The translations under genes were made by a program, and so were the position numbers. The notes below the pieces were generated by a model that saw only the letters and a list, made by a program, of their open reading frames with translations, was not told where the DNA came from and did no database searches. A stretch of 64,000 nucleotides of DNA, taken from positions 256,001-320,000 of the forward strand of contig CAVPQB010000003.1 in NCBI GenBank assembly GCA_963707505.1, in the 5' to 3' direction. Within the stretch, counting starts at the first letter, position 1; the number at the start of each line of letters is the position of its first letter. The stretch comes from an uncultured Gemmatimonadales bacterium (GTDB lineage: Bacteria > Gemmatimonadota > Gemmatimonadetes > Gemmatimonadales > Gemmatimonadaceae). Positions 1 to 11,512 of the stretch are shown here, in pieces.

Positions 1-517
1 TGTCGCCGAGCACGAAGAGATCGCGCGGCGGGACTACCAGAGGGCCCCAGTTGTTGCGCGAGGGCCAGTACGCTTCGCTCGCGCGGGCGGGCTTGACCAG
101 ATAGCCCCGCTGCCAGCGAAACTCATCCACAGCCATGTCGGCATCGGCCGAGGTGTGGGTGACGTAAGCCTCCTTGAGCAACCGGCCGTTGCGCTGGAGA
201 ACTCCGTTGTGCATGAGTAGCGTGTCGCCCGGAACACCGACCACCCGCTTCACGAAGTTGATCGAGGGATCGGACGGCCATTTGAAGACGATCACGTCGC
301 CGCGGCGCGGCTGGTGGATTCCCGGAAGCTTGATGTGGGTGAATGGCAGCTCCGGGCCGTACACCATCTTATTGACCACGAGGAAATCACCAACCAGCAG
401 CGTGCGCTGCATGCTCGGAGTCGGGATCTTGTACATCTCGACGACAAGCGCGCGCGTAACCAGGAACAGCAGCACCGACGCTCCCAGCTGCAAAACCGCT
501 CGCACGAATCCACGCAT
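1..517 (-). CDS. lepB: Signal peptidase I (3' end runs off the window)
   Basis: Hand translation from ATG at 517: MRGFVRAVLQLGASVLLFLVTRALVVEMYKIPTPSMQRTLLVGDFLVVNK...RGDVIVF...NFVKRVVGVPGD...WGPLVVPPRDLFVLGD. Catalytic Ser (PSM) and Lys (VKR) boxes are present. Not in the ORF track because it is truncated. Confidence 0.93.
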   Translation of the reverse strand, partial: MRGFVRAVLQLGASVLLFLVTRALVVEMYKIPTPSMQRTLLVGDFLVVNKMVYGPELPFTHIKLPGIHQPRRGDVIVFKWPSDPSINFVKRVVGVPGDTLLMHNGVLQRNGRLLKEAYVTHTSADADMAVDEFRWQRGYLVKPARASEAYWPSRNNWGPLVVPPRDLFVLGD

Positions 518-601
518 CACGAGTTCAGTATACCTCTATGTGACCGGCGCTCATGCGCGCCGCAAGGACTCGATATTCCCTCACGCACAATACGAAGTTT
601 T

Positions 602-2102
602 CTAGTCCGGCGTCCCAAGGTAAGCATCGATCTGTGCGCGCTGCAGCGTGCCGGAATAATCGACGTAACCAACCTTGGTCTCGGAATAGAACTCATACAC
701 TTCCCAGCCCGCCTTCGCGGTGGCCGTTGCCAGTCTGCTTTACCCCTCCAAAGGGTAGATGTGCCTCAGCCCCGATGGTTGGGGCGTTGATGTACGTTAT
801 ACCGTTATCGAGCTCCTGCAGAGCGCGGAACGAGATGTTGACGTCCCTGGTGTAGACGGATGACGACAGGCCGTACTTGACGGCGTTGTTTACCGCAAAC
901 GCCTCGTCTGGCGTCGAGACGCGGATTACCGACAGCACCGGCCCGAAGATTTCCTCGTAGGCGATCCGCTGCGTGGGCTCGACGCGCGTGAAGATCGTGG
1001 GCTCGTAGAAGAGGCCGTCCCTGAATGCATCGCCACTCGGCCGCTGCGCGCCGCAGACGATATCTGCGCCGTCGGCCTGCCCGATATCCACGTAGTGCTC
1101 GATCTTCCGAAGTGCCGCTTCATTGATGACCGGGCCAACGTCGACGCCTTTCTTTCTGCCGTCGCCCAGCTTCAGCGCCTTGGTGCGCTCGACCAGCATG
1201 CCGAGGAAGTTGTCGTGGATTCCCTTCTGCAGGATGAGGCGACTGGTCGCAGTGCAGCGCTGGCCCGTGGTGCCGAACGCGCCCCAGAGCGCGCCTTCGA
1301 GTGCAAGGTCCAGATCCGCGTCGTCGAGCACGATCTGCGCGTTCTTGCCGCCCATCTCGAGTGACAGGCGCTTGTGCATGCGCCCGCAGGTGGCACCGAC
1401 GATGCTGCCGGTCGCGGTCGATCCTGTGAACGAGATAAGCGGAACGTCGGGATGCTCGACCAGTGGAGCGCCCACGTCTTCACCGGTTCCATGCAACAGC
1501 TGAATCACTTCTGGCGGAAGCCCCGCATCGAGCATGATCTCGACGAGCAAGGTGCCGGTGTGTGGCACATCCTCGGCGGGTTTGAAGATTACCGAGTTTC
1601 CGCACAGGAGCGCCGGAAACATCTTCCACGTCGGAATCGCCATGGGAAAGTTGAACGGACAGATCAGTCCCGCGACGCCGATCGGACGGCGGAAGCTCAT
1701 CGCCCACTTGTTGCGCAGTTCCGACGGAACCGTGCGTCCGGAAAGCTGGCGTCCCATCGTCGCCGCGTAGTAAGCGGTGTCGATCCCTTCCTGGACGTCG
1801 CCGCGTGTCTCCGTGAGCGGCTTGCCCATCTCACGCGTCATCGCGTCGGCGATCTCTTCCTTACGCGCGACGAGCAGATCGCCTGCCTTGCGCAGTATGT
1901 CGCCACGCTGTGGCGCGGGAGTCGCCTTCCACAATTCGAAGCCGCGTTTCGCACTCGCGACGGCGCGATCGACGTCGGTCGAATTTGAAAGGGGAAATTT
2001 TCCGATCACATCGTTGAGATCAGCGGGATTGCGGTTGTCGAAATACTTACCCGTGGACGGCTCGACCCACGAACCCGCGACGAAGTTCTTGAATACTTTC
2101 AT
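602..2102 (-). CDS. NAD(P)-dependent aldehyde dehydrogenase, one frameshift near 709
   Basis: [26 protein letters not shown] and PFGG motifs. Removing one base at 708-710 restores the C-terminus [36 protein letters not shown] with TAG at 602-604. Confidence 0.93.
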
Positions 2103-2731
2103 TATTGGACGTTCTTGTAGAGCGTGACTTTGCCATCGGCGATTCGAATATCACCGATGTAACTGGGAAGCGGAATCGGAAATGCATCCGGTGCGATTCC
2201 CGGTGGCGCGTCGTGCCGGATCTGTTGCACGAGCTTTGGAATCATCGCGTTGGGTACTGCGAGTTGATGAATCTGCGCCTTGGTGACGTGCATCTGTGCC
2301 AGCCCCGCCTTGATGAGATCGACGCGGCCCGCCAGCTCGACGGTGTCGCGCGCGCTGAGCATCGAAGCGAGCGGACCGAGAGCACGGTCAGCGCCGAGCT
2401 CGCGGAGGGGCACCACGGCGCGGACGTGAAGCTGGTCGCCCGACACCATTGCCTGAACGTCGGTCGATGATGGCGGCAGTTGCTTCGCAGTTGCCTGGAT
2501 CAGATAGGCCACCGCCTGAGCAGGTGTCAGATTGGCGAACACCTTGCCCTGGCTTGCCCTGAGGCCAGTCACAGCAGACTCGCCCGCCGACGCATCGGCC
2601 GCCGTCACACCGTGCCACACCCCGGCTGTGGGGGCCGTAGGCGAGGCTTTCATGGTCCACCAGTAGTAGCCCGCCGCGACGATCGCGGCCAGAACTATGA
2701 GGCATCCAACTCTTCGAAGGCACCCGAACAT
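2102..2731 (-). CDS. Hypothetical protein with N-terminal membrane anchor
   Basis: 209 aa ORF with N-terminal hydrophobic helix. Stop overlaps the ALDH start (TAATG). Confidence 0.75.
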   Translation of the reverse strand: MFGCLRRVGCLIVLAAIVAAGYYWWTMKASPTAPTAGVWHGVTAADASAGESAVTGLRASQGKVFANLTPAQAVAYLIQATAKQLPPSSTDVQAMVSGDQLHVRAVVPLRELGADRALGPLASMLSARDTVELAGRVDLIKAGLAQMHVTKAQIHQLAVPNAMIPKLVQQIRHDAPPGIAPDAFPIPLPSYIGDIRIADGKVTLYKNVQ

Positions 2732-2774
2732 CCCGAAAGTTAGCCGGTATCGGGTGGCCCGCCTACCCGCACTC

Positions 2775-3278
2775 TCATCCCGCCGTCGCCAGCAACGCCT
2801 CCAGATCCAGCGGATCCGTCCCCATCAGCGGCAGCCCGCTTTCCGCGCGTGGCCATTCCTCGCTCGGGCGATCCCAGTACAGCTCGATCCCGTTCCCGTC
2901 GGGATCGCTCAGATAGATCGCCTCGCTCACGCCGTGGTCCGCAGCGCCCTGCAACGGGATACCTGCGTCGATGACGCGTCTGACCGCTACCGCCAGATCC
3001 CGCTGCGTCGGATACCGGATCGCGACGTGGTAAAGCCCGGTGTGCCCCCGCGGCGGCGCTGTCCCGCCGCGGCTCTCCCACGTGTTGAGGCCGATGTGAT
3101 GGTGATAGCCGCCGGCCGAAACGAACGCCGCCTGTGCGCCGTAGCGTTGCGTTATGTCGAAGCCGAGCACGCCGTGGTAGAAAGCGAGGGCGCGGTCGAG
3201 GTCAGCGACCTTGAGATGCGTATGGCCGATGTCGACGCCGGCAGGGACTGAGTAAGCGGAAGCGGACGTATCGTTCAT
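2775..3278 (-). CDS. VOC/glyoxalase family protein (CatE-like)
   Basis: IGHTHLKV, GGYHHHIGLNTW, GLYHVA, DHGVSEAIYLSDPDGNGIELY. GGAG RBS before ATG 3278. Confidence 0.88.
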   Translation of the reverse strand: MNDTSASAYSVPAGVDIGHTHLKVADLDRALAFYHGVLGFDITQRYGAQAAFVSAGGYHHHIGLNTWESRGGTAPPRGHTGLYHVAIRYPTQRDLAVAVRRVIDAGIPLQGAADHGVSEAIYLSDPDGNGIELYWDRPSEEWPRAESGLPLMGTDPLDLEALLATAG

Positions 3279-3412
3279 CGTTTCTCCATGTCTCTTCATG
3301 ACGTCTGGCGGACGGAGTACCTGATGGGATACCCGAAGAATAACGTGGCGGTCCTGTTTCGCATTGAGAGCCGCCCGCGCCCTCCCAAAGGTAATGATTC
3401 CGGAGTGGGCGC

Positions 3413-4933
3413 TCACTTCCGCACAGATGGTCGATACCGCAACGCTTCGGCAACATGCGGCGGCGCAATTCGCTCATCACCGGTCAGATCGGCGATGGTG
3501 CGGGCAACCTTGAGCACCCGGTGATATGCACGTGCCGATAAATCGAGCGCGGAAGCCGCTGAATGCAACAGAGTGCGCGCATCCGTATCGATCGGAGTGT
3601 GGCGATCGAGCCAGCGTCCCGGAACGTGCGCGTTGCACGTCACGCCACGCAGCGGTCGGTAACGCGCACGCTGAACGCAACGTGCCTGATCGACGCGGTC
3701 GCGCATCGCAGCCGAATTCTCACCGCCTTCGGCATCCGCACTCAGGTCACGCAATGCAACTGCACCAACGGGCACGTGCATGTCGATTCTGTCGACGAGC
3801 GGACCTGACATTCGCGCGGCGTACTTTGCAACTTCTGCCGCGCCACAGCTGCACTTGCGACCGGGTTCGCCAGCTCTTCCACAAGGACAGGGATTTGTCG
3901 CGCCGACCAATGTGAATCGCGCAGGAAAGCTCACCGACATCGCCGCGCGCGCGATGACGACCGAGGCATCCTCCAACGGCTGCCGCAATCCGTCCAGCAC
4001 TCCGCGCGAAAACTCCAGCATCTCGTCGAGAAACAGAACTCCGTTGTGCGCGAGACTCACCTCGCCTGGACGCGGGCTGCTTCCGCCGCCAATGAGACCT
4101 GCACCCGATATGGAGTGATGCGGCGCGCGAAATGGGCGCGCACCGAGCGTGATCTCCGGCGACAATACGCCGGCAACCGAATGTATTGCGATCACTTCGA
4201 GTGCTTCTTCCTCACTGAGATCGGGGAGAATCGTCGGAAGGCGGCGCGCCAGCATCGTCTTGCCAGCTCCTGGAGGCCCGATCATGATGAGATTGTGCGA
4301 GCCGGCAGCCGCGACTTCCAGCGCACGCTTCGCGCTCTCCTGACCCACGACGTCAGAGAAGTCGACTTCATACGCGCGCTGAGATTCGATCGACTCCGCC
4401 GCGCGCCCGACCATGAGATCATCACAACGCAGCTGCAGGACAAGCTCACGCAACGTCGCGGGTGCGGCCAGCAGGATGTTCGTAACGCGCCCGGCCTCGG
4501 CGTGGTTCGCTGGCGGAACTACGAGCACCGATCCCGGTGCAACGCGCCCGACGTGGCGCGCAACCGAGAGCGCGCCACGTATGTTGCGCACTGCGCCATC
4601 CAGACTCAATTCGCCGACGAACATGCGATTCTCGACGGCACTGGGATCGACCTGCCCTGTTGCGACCAGAATGCCCAGAGCTATAGGCAAATCGAATGCG
4701 GTACCTTCCTTGCGAATATCCGCCGGTGCAAGATTGACAGTTATGCGTCGAGGCGGAAGCGTGAACCCGGAATTCACGATCGCGGCTCCGACCCTTTCCC
4801 GGCTTTCCTTGACAGCGCCAGCTGGCAGGCCCACGATGGTCCATTGCGGCAAGCCTTGCGCTGCGTCAACCTCGACTGTCACGTTGTAGGCATCGATACC
4901 GATGACTGCGGCCGATCTTATCGCTGCTAGCAT
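3413..4933 (-). CDS. comM: YifB/ComM Mg-chelatase-like AAA+ ATPase
   Basis: IVGLP...VKESRERV, NLAPAD.RKEG, GPPGAGKT, PFRAPHH, PGEVSLAHNGVLFLDE, NPCPCG, LSAR...ARTIADL. GGAG RBS before ATG 4933. Confidence 0.92.
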   Translation of the reverse strand: MLAAIRSAAVIGIDAYNVTVEVDAAQGLPQWTIVGLPAGAVKESRERVGAAIVNSGFTLPPRRITVNLAPADIRKEGTAFDLPIALGILVATGQVDPSAVENRMFVGELSLDGAVRNIRGALSVARHVGRVAPGSVLVVPPANHAEAGRVTNILLAAPATLRELVLQLRCDDLMVGRAAESIESQRAYEVDFSDVVGQESAKRALEVAAAGSHNLIMIGPPGAGKTMLARRLPTILPDLSEEEALEVIAIHSVAGVLSPEITLGARPFRAPHHSISGAGLIGGGSSPRPGEVSLAHNGVLFLDEMLEFSRGVLDGLRQPLEDASVVIARAAMSVSFPARFTLVGATNPCPCGRAGEPGRKCSCGAAEVAKYAARMSGPLVDRIDMHVPVGAVALRDLSADAEGGENSAAMRDRVDQARCVQRARYRPLRGVTCNAHVPGRWLDRHTPIDTDARTLLHSAASALDLSARAYHRVLKVARTIADLTGDERIAPPHVAEALRYRPSVRK

Positions 4934-5036
4934 GTGCTCTCCCTGTCCGATCAACCTCGCTGATTTCACGACAATGAGCTGAATCGGATTTGCGTGCGGA
5001 GAGTCATTTCACCGATTCCCGGATTAGCTTGAATTC

Positions 5037-7613
5037 ATGACGCCGACAGCCCTCGCCAGCGCCATCCCCGGTACGTCGCTCGCCCGCGGTCTGTTAATCG
5101 TCGCGCTAGCCGTTGGCGCCGGAAATGCGAATGCTCAACGATCCGCACAGCCGGCGCCCCCGCCGACTGCCCCGGCATCGTGGGACACACTCTACAGTCA
5201 GCACCGCTTCTTCGATCTGCGCGATGCGGTCCGGGCCTACGGCGGTGCAACCGGTCCGGACGTGCAGTTCTACCGAGGCATCGTCGCGCACGCATTCAAC
5301 GACAATGACGGTGCGATCGAATTGCTCGCGCCGCTCGTCGACAGCATGCCGCCTGGCTTCAGCGCATCACGTGTGGCAGACGCTGCCGACGCGCTTGGCG
5401 ATAGCTATGCGCGCGTCTTTCGCTATCGCGAATCGGCTGCAACGTACCGACGCGCGCTGCGCGTCAGGGGTGTCACGCGCGACACCGCCACGCGGTCGCT
5501 TTTCACGCACCGTGCCGAGCGCGCGGACGCTTTGGCGAGCGTACCTCCGCAACGTATCAGGTGGACAGCGGAAGCGAACACGTCGCCGGTGCCAAACGAC
5601 AGCGTCGCATTCGCAGCGGTCGCGCTCATCAATAGCGCTGGCCCGCGTGTGCGTCTCGGCGTTGACGCAGGCGCGCAGTTCACGATCATAGATTCCACCA
5701 CCGCGGCATCGCACAAGGTTCAGATTCTCAGGGATTCGGTGCTCACCACTGTCGGCGGCAGAACGATCACGGCCCAGGTTGGTGTCGTGCGCACTCTGGA
5801 TATAGGCACGGCGCAGCTCGCGAATGTGGTCGTGGTCATCGCACCGGACGACTCGCTGCAGCTGATCTACATGCGCTATCCCGTGAGCGGCATCATTGGC
5901 CTGCCGGTGCTGTCGTCACTCGGAAGCGTCACATTCACGCGCGACGGACACATCGCGCTGTCTTCACCTGGCGCGGACAACGACTCGTCGGCTGCACCGA
6001 ACATGGCACTCGCAGACGGTGCGGCTGTCGTCAACGCATCGTACGATACGAGCCGGGTCGCGCTGCTGCTCGATGCGCGTGCTCCCAGGACGCTGCTGTA
6101 TCCATCATTCCTGCGCGAGTTCTCATCTGCGACCAAAGCCGCGACTCTGACGACCTACATCGGCACCGAATTCGGCGGTGGTGTTACATCCATACCGTCG
6201 TACATGATTCCCACCATCACACTGGGCGTCAACGGCCGTCCGGTCAGGATCGGCTCGGTGCACGCATTGATGCGCGACGGTGATTTTCGCGCACAATTCT
6301 ATGCGGGTGCTCTGGGTCAGGATGCACTGCAAACGGCCGATCGTGTGACGCTCGACTTCTCCGCGATGACGCTACGTCTTCGTGACCCGCCACAGACGCC
6401 GGTCCTGCCGAAGATCGTCTACCCTACGGGCATCGTGGGCGCGCCGTCACCGGTGAGCAAGGTGCCCGGCGACATCGCCTTCGTTGTCCTGCTTTTTGCG
6501 CTGTTCGTGGTGCCAAAAGCGCTGCAACGGTACCGTTTGCCGAGCGCAATCACCAGCCTGCTCATGGGCGCCGGTGCGACAGCACTCGGCCTTTTTCACA
6601 ACGATCCAACACTTCACCTGCTGTCGACCTTTGGAATTGTCGCACTGTTCCTCTTCGCGGGGCTCGAGATCGATGGGCACGAGCTGCGGCGACAGGCGTC
6701 ACCGCTCATCGTGCACGGCATAGTCTGGTCGGTGATTCTCGCGGTCGGGTCTGCAATAATCGCGTTCGGGTTCGGCTTTGCCGCTCGTCCGGCGGTGTTG
6801 ATCGCACTCGCGCTGCTCACGCCATCGACCGGCTTCATACTCTCGTCGCTCTCCGGCTTTGGTCTGCTGGAGGGTGAGCGGTTCGCCGTGAAGACCTACG
6901 TCATTGGGTCGGAGCTGCTTGCCCTGACAGTACTCTTCTTCGTGCTCCAGTCGACTTCCATAGGGAGGCTGGCCTTTGCCGTCGCGGCAATGATTGTCGT
7001 GGTGACAATCATTCCATTGATGTTTCGGCTTTTCGCGCGGCTGGTCGCGCCGCACGCTCCTCGCTCGGAGTTCGCGTTCCTGCTCATGGTCGCGATCGTA
7101 TGCGCGTACGCGACGACGCGATTGGGCGTCTACTATCTGGTCGGCGCATTTCTTGTCGGTATCGCAGCGCAGCGCTTCCGATCGGAGCTGCCGGCGATGT
7201 CGTCGGAAAAGATGGTCGATGCGCTCGAGTCATTCGGATCGGTGTTCATCCCGTTTTACTTCTTTCACGCCGGAACGGAGATCGTGCGTGACCAGATCAC
7301 GACGCGTGCGATTGTCATCGGGCTGCTGTTGATAATACTGCTGATTCCAATTCGCGTCGGGATTACGATGCTTCAGCGCCGGTCCTTTCTCAACGATTCA
7401 ACTGCGGTTGCACGCAGGATCGGTGTCGCGCTCGTTCCCACACTGGTATTCACGCTCGTCATCGTCGACATACTGAACATCAACTTCGGCGTCGAGAAAT
7501 ACGTACTCGGCGCTCTCGTTCTGTACACGGTGATCAACACCAGCATTCCGGCATTCGTGCTGCACTCCGCACCACCGGAATTCGAGAACGTGGAAGCAGC
7601 GGATATCGGTTAG
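5037..7613 (+). CDS. Fusion: signal peptide + helical repeats + two degenerate retropepsin-like domains + cation:proton antiporter
   Basis: One 858 aa ORF. LGVDAGAQFT...GIIGL and LLLDARAPRT...GALG resemble clan AA aspartyl protease units. The last ~380 aa are multi-TM with antiporter motifs (LFLFAGLE, TPSTG, LVGAFLVG, FIPFYFFHAG). Confidence 0.75.
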   Translation: MTPTALASAIPGTSLARGLLIVALAVGAGNANAQRSAQPAPPPTAPASWDTLYSQHRFFDLRDAVRAYGGATGPDVQFYRGIVAHAFNDNDGAIELLAPLVDSMPPGFSASRVADAADALGDSYARVFRYRESAATYRRALRVRGVTRDTATRSLFTHRAERADALASVPPQRIRWTAEANTSPVPNDSVAFAAVALINSAGPRVRLGVDAGAQFTIIDSTTAASHKVQILRDSVLTTVGGRTITAQVGVVRTLDIGTAQLANVVVVIAPDDSLQLIYMRYPVSGIIGLPVLSSLGSVTFTRDGHIALSSPGADNDSSAAPNMALADGAAVVNASYDTSRVALLLDARAPRTLLYPSFLREFSSATKAATLTTYIGTEFGGGVTSIPSYMIPTITLGVNGRPVRIGSVHALMRDGDFRAQFYAGALGQDALQTADRVTLDFSAMTLRLRDPPQTPVLPKIVYPTGIVGAPSPVSKVPGDIAFVVLLFALFVVPKALQRYRLPSAITSLLMGAGATALGLFHNDPTLHLLSTFGIVALFLFAGLEIDGHELRRQASPLIVHGIVWSVILAVGSAIIAFGFGFAARPAVLIALALLTPSTGFILSSLSGFGLLEGERFAVKTYVIGSELLALTVLFFVLQSTSIGRLAFAVAAMIVVVTIIPLMFRLFARLVAPHAPRSEFAFLLMVAIVCAYATTRLGVYYLVGAFLVGIAAQRFRSELPAMSSEKMVDALESFGSVFIPFYFFHAGTEIVRDQITTRAIVIGLLLIILLIPIRVGITMLQRRSFLNDSTAVARRIGVALVPTLVFTLVIVDILNINFGVEKYVLGALVLYTVINTSIPAFVLHSAPPEFENVEAADIG

Positions 7614-7729
7614 GCGGGCGCCCACGGACAGCACTGGGATCCAGCCCCGCCTCGTCGCAGATGACGAGCGTTCGGCGATGATGACGACGACCCTGCTTCG
7701 CCGCTTGCGACAAATTTCATCCATATAAA

Positions 7730-7771
7730 GCTCAACGGGCGGGGCAGCTTTCGCCGCCCCGCCCGTTGAGC
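7730..7771 (-). terminator. Intrinsic terminator after ompA
   Basis: Perfect 16-bp stem GCTCAACGGGCGGGGC/GCCCCGCCCGTTGAGC, extended by GGC-GAAA-GCU on the minus strand and followed by TTTAT, 14 nt after the ompA stop. Confidence 0.8.
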
Positions 7772-7785
7772 CCAAGGAGTGCCGC

Positions 7786-9396
<1,611 letters not shown>

Positions 9397-9642
9397 CTTG
9401 AATCTCCTTGGGATGGAGGAAGGACTGAATCGGAGCCAGTTGCGCTCGTCGCGCGCCTACCCGGCAGGATGCATGCCGCCCCATGTGGACGCCACGCGCA
9501 GGTCCGATTCGCGGCCTGCTTACAACGCGCTCAATTTGCTTGATCATGATGCAGAATGCTAGCCGACATGGCCATACAATAATGTCGTAAACACTTGAAT
9601 TCAGAATCTTCGCAGAAATCACACGTTGTTTGGTCGCGAGAG

Positions 9643-9658
9643 TGCAAGTCTGACGCCA
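9643..9658 (-). promoter_or_regulatory. Putative sigma54 -24/-12 promoter for ompA
   Basis: TGGCGTCAGACTTGCA matches TGGCAC-N5-TTGCW with exact spacing. Confidence 0.6.
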
Positions 9659-9670
9659 CGTTCGCTCCAT

Positions 9671-9718
9671 CAAACCTGCCGGCAAACCTGACGGCAAACC
9701 TGACGGCAAATCCGCAGG
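9671..9718. repeat. 12-nt tandem repeat x4 (CAAACCTGACGG)
   Basis: caaacctgccgg caaacctgacgg caaacctgacgg caaatccgcagg, between the kinase stop and the sigma54-like motif. Confidence 0.9.
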
Positions 9719-11464
9719 TCATCGCCGCCTTATCGGAATCAATCTCCGCCACCATCGCAACGCACGCTCTCGCTTGAGTGCCGCCGAAGCCGCCGCCCGC
9801 CAGGCTGATCGCATTTCGGCGGCATCGGCAAAGCGATTCGACGGCCGCGGCGCCAGTCCTATGCGCAGCCACTCCTCGATTGCCGTCGGCAGCTCCGATA
9901 GCTCGGTGCGCTCGCCAAGCTGCTGTGCAAGAATGGCCTGAACATCATTGCCACGAAATGGAAGCTCACCTGTAAGCACGAATGCGACGACCGCCGCAAG
10001 CGAGAAGCAATCCACGGCCGCGGTCTGCGCTTCGCCAAGGAGCTGCTCCGGAGCGGCAAAATCCAGCGAGCCGCCACTCGACACCCTGCCCTCGCCAGTG
10101 ACGTGCGCGATTCCAAAATCGGTGAGACGCCAGCGATGATATCTGTCGATCAGAACGTTCTCCGGCTTGAGGTCGCGGTGCACCACCCCGATCGCATGCG
10201 CCGCGCTCAGCCCGTCGAGTATGAGATCGACGTGAGGCGCAATCTCCTCCAAACTACGCGCACCACGACGCGCGATCAGCTGCGCAACCGATCCGCCTTC
10301 GGCGAGCTCCATCGTGTACCATGACAGTCCCTGCCGTCCGTCCCAGTCGTAGATCGGCACGATCGCCGGATGTGCCAACTGCGCTGCGAGCCGAGCCTCC
10401 TGCCAGAAGGCACCGACCGCCTCAGCGTCGCGCGCGATGTAGGGATGGAGCACCTTGAGAGCGATCTCGCGCTCCAGGGCCAGGTCGCGGGCGCGCCACA
10501 CGGTCCCAAAGCCGCCGCTGCCGAGCTTGGACAGGATTTCGTAGTCGTATCCCACGGCGTCCCGCACTACACGCTCGTTGGAGTCCTCGGGAACCGCAAC
10601 CTGGGTCTTGCCACGGTTCGGCGCGCCGCCGGGATCTGCGCCGTAGCCGCGTTCCGCGGCGCGAATGAGCGCAGCCATGGACTCGAACCTGTGCGCGGGA
10701 TCCGGCAGCAGCGCGCGATCCAGCGCTAGCGCGACGGACTCGGGAGTTTCCGGACGCAGCAGCTTTACCGGCGGCGTGTCGTGCACCGGCGCAGGCTCAC
10801 CAGTGAGCATGGCGAAGCACATCGCGGCGAGCTGCCACTGATCGCTCTCGGGAGTCGGCTCCCAGCCGCGCTCCGCCCACTCTGGTGGAACCGGTGCGAA
10901 ATCCAGGGGCGGATGCAGGCCGGCCGGCAGTTCTTCGCGCGGAACGGCCCACTGCCACTCCAGCATCCAGAACCGGCCCGTTGGCGTGATCCACAGTGCA
11001 TCGGCACTCAACGCGCCATGCACTGCGCCCGTGGTGTGCAGATACGCCAGCACGGATCCCGCTTCGCGCAGAATGCGCAATACGTACGGTACGTCCGCCG
11101 CGCCCATCCCCTCGAAGCGCGCGCCGGCGCTCTCGCCGGAAACCCAGCGGCGCAGATATCCAGGTCCACGGTCGCGCTGATTGGTCCAGAAGTGATACGT
11201 GGTCGGAATCGACGGATGGCTTCTGTGCGCAAGACCGATCGCCTCGGCGTGAAGCCACCGATGGTGCGCCGGATCGGGTGCCGTGACGAGCGCCAGCGCG
11301 CGCCCCAGGCCGTCGATTACTTCCTGGTAGTGGCGGAAATCGCCGGCGATTCCCTCCGCGCCCCAGCGCCAGCCGGGCGGAAGCTCCCATCCCGCCATGT
11401 GCGGAGGCAGCGTGCGCGTGACGCGGCGCTGGCGGGCGATCGAGCGAGGTGCGGGCGCGGTCAT
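9719..11464 (-). CDS. Ser/Thr protein kinase with N-terminal pseudokinase domain
   Basis: C-domain has GSGGFG, IALK, HRDLKPEN, DFG, APE. N-domain has VHGALSADAL, MLEW, PPE, SDQWQL, i.e. a kinase fold without HRD/DFG. Confidence 0.88.
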   Translation of the reverse strand: MTAPAPRSIARQRRVTRTLPPHMAGWELPPGWRWGAEGIAGDFRHYQEVIDGLGRALALVTAPDPAHHRWLHAEAIGLAHRSHPSIPTTYHFWTNQRDRGPGYLRRWVSGESAGARFEGMGAADVPYVLRILREAGSVLAYLHTTGAVHGALSADALWITPTGRFWMLEWQWAVPREELPAGLHPPLDFAPVPPEWAERGWEPTPESDQWQLAAMCFAMLTGEPAPVHDTPPVKLLRPETPESVALALDRALLPDPAHRFESMAALIRAAERGYGADPGGAPNRGKTQVAVPEDSNERVVRDAVGYDYEILSKLGSGGFGTVWRARDLALEREIALKVLHPYIARDAEAVGAFWQEARLAAQLAHPAIVPIYDWDGRQGLSWYTMELAEGGSVAQLIARRGARSLEEIAPHVDLILDGLSAAHAIGVVHRDLKPENVLIDRYHRWRLTDFGIAHVTGEGRVSSGGSLDFAAPEQLLGEAQTAAVDCFSLAAVVAFVLTGELPFRGNDVQAILAQQLGERTELSELPTAIEEWLRIGLAPRPSNRFADAAEMRSAWRAAASAALKRERALRWWRRLIPIRRR

Positions 11465-11512
11465 CAGGTTGCTGTTAATATAGGACTGCCTTCACATAAT
11501 GAGCGTAGTATC

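Noticed and set aside
9671..9718. Possible CRISPR array
   Set aside because: 12-nt units with no spacers and no cas genes; the same applies to the repeats at 30639 and 47995.
10781..11512. Long N-terminal extension of the creatininase ORF
   Set aside because: Overlaps the kinase on the opposite strand; family similarity begins only after ~11570.
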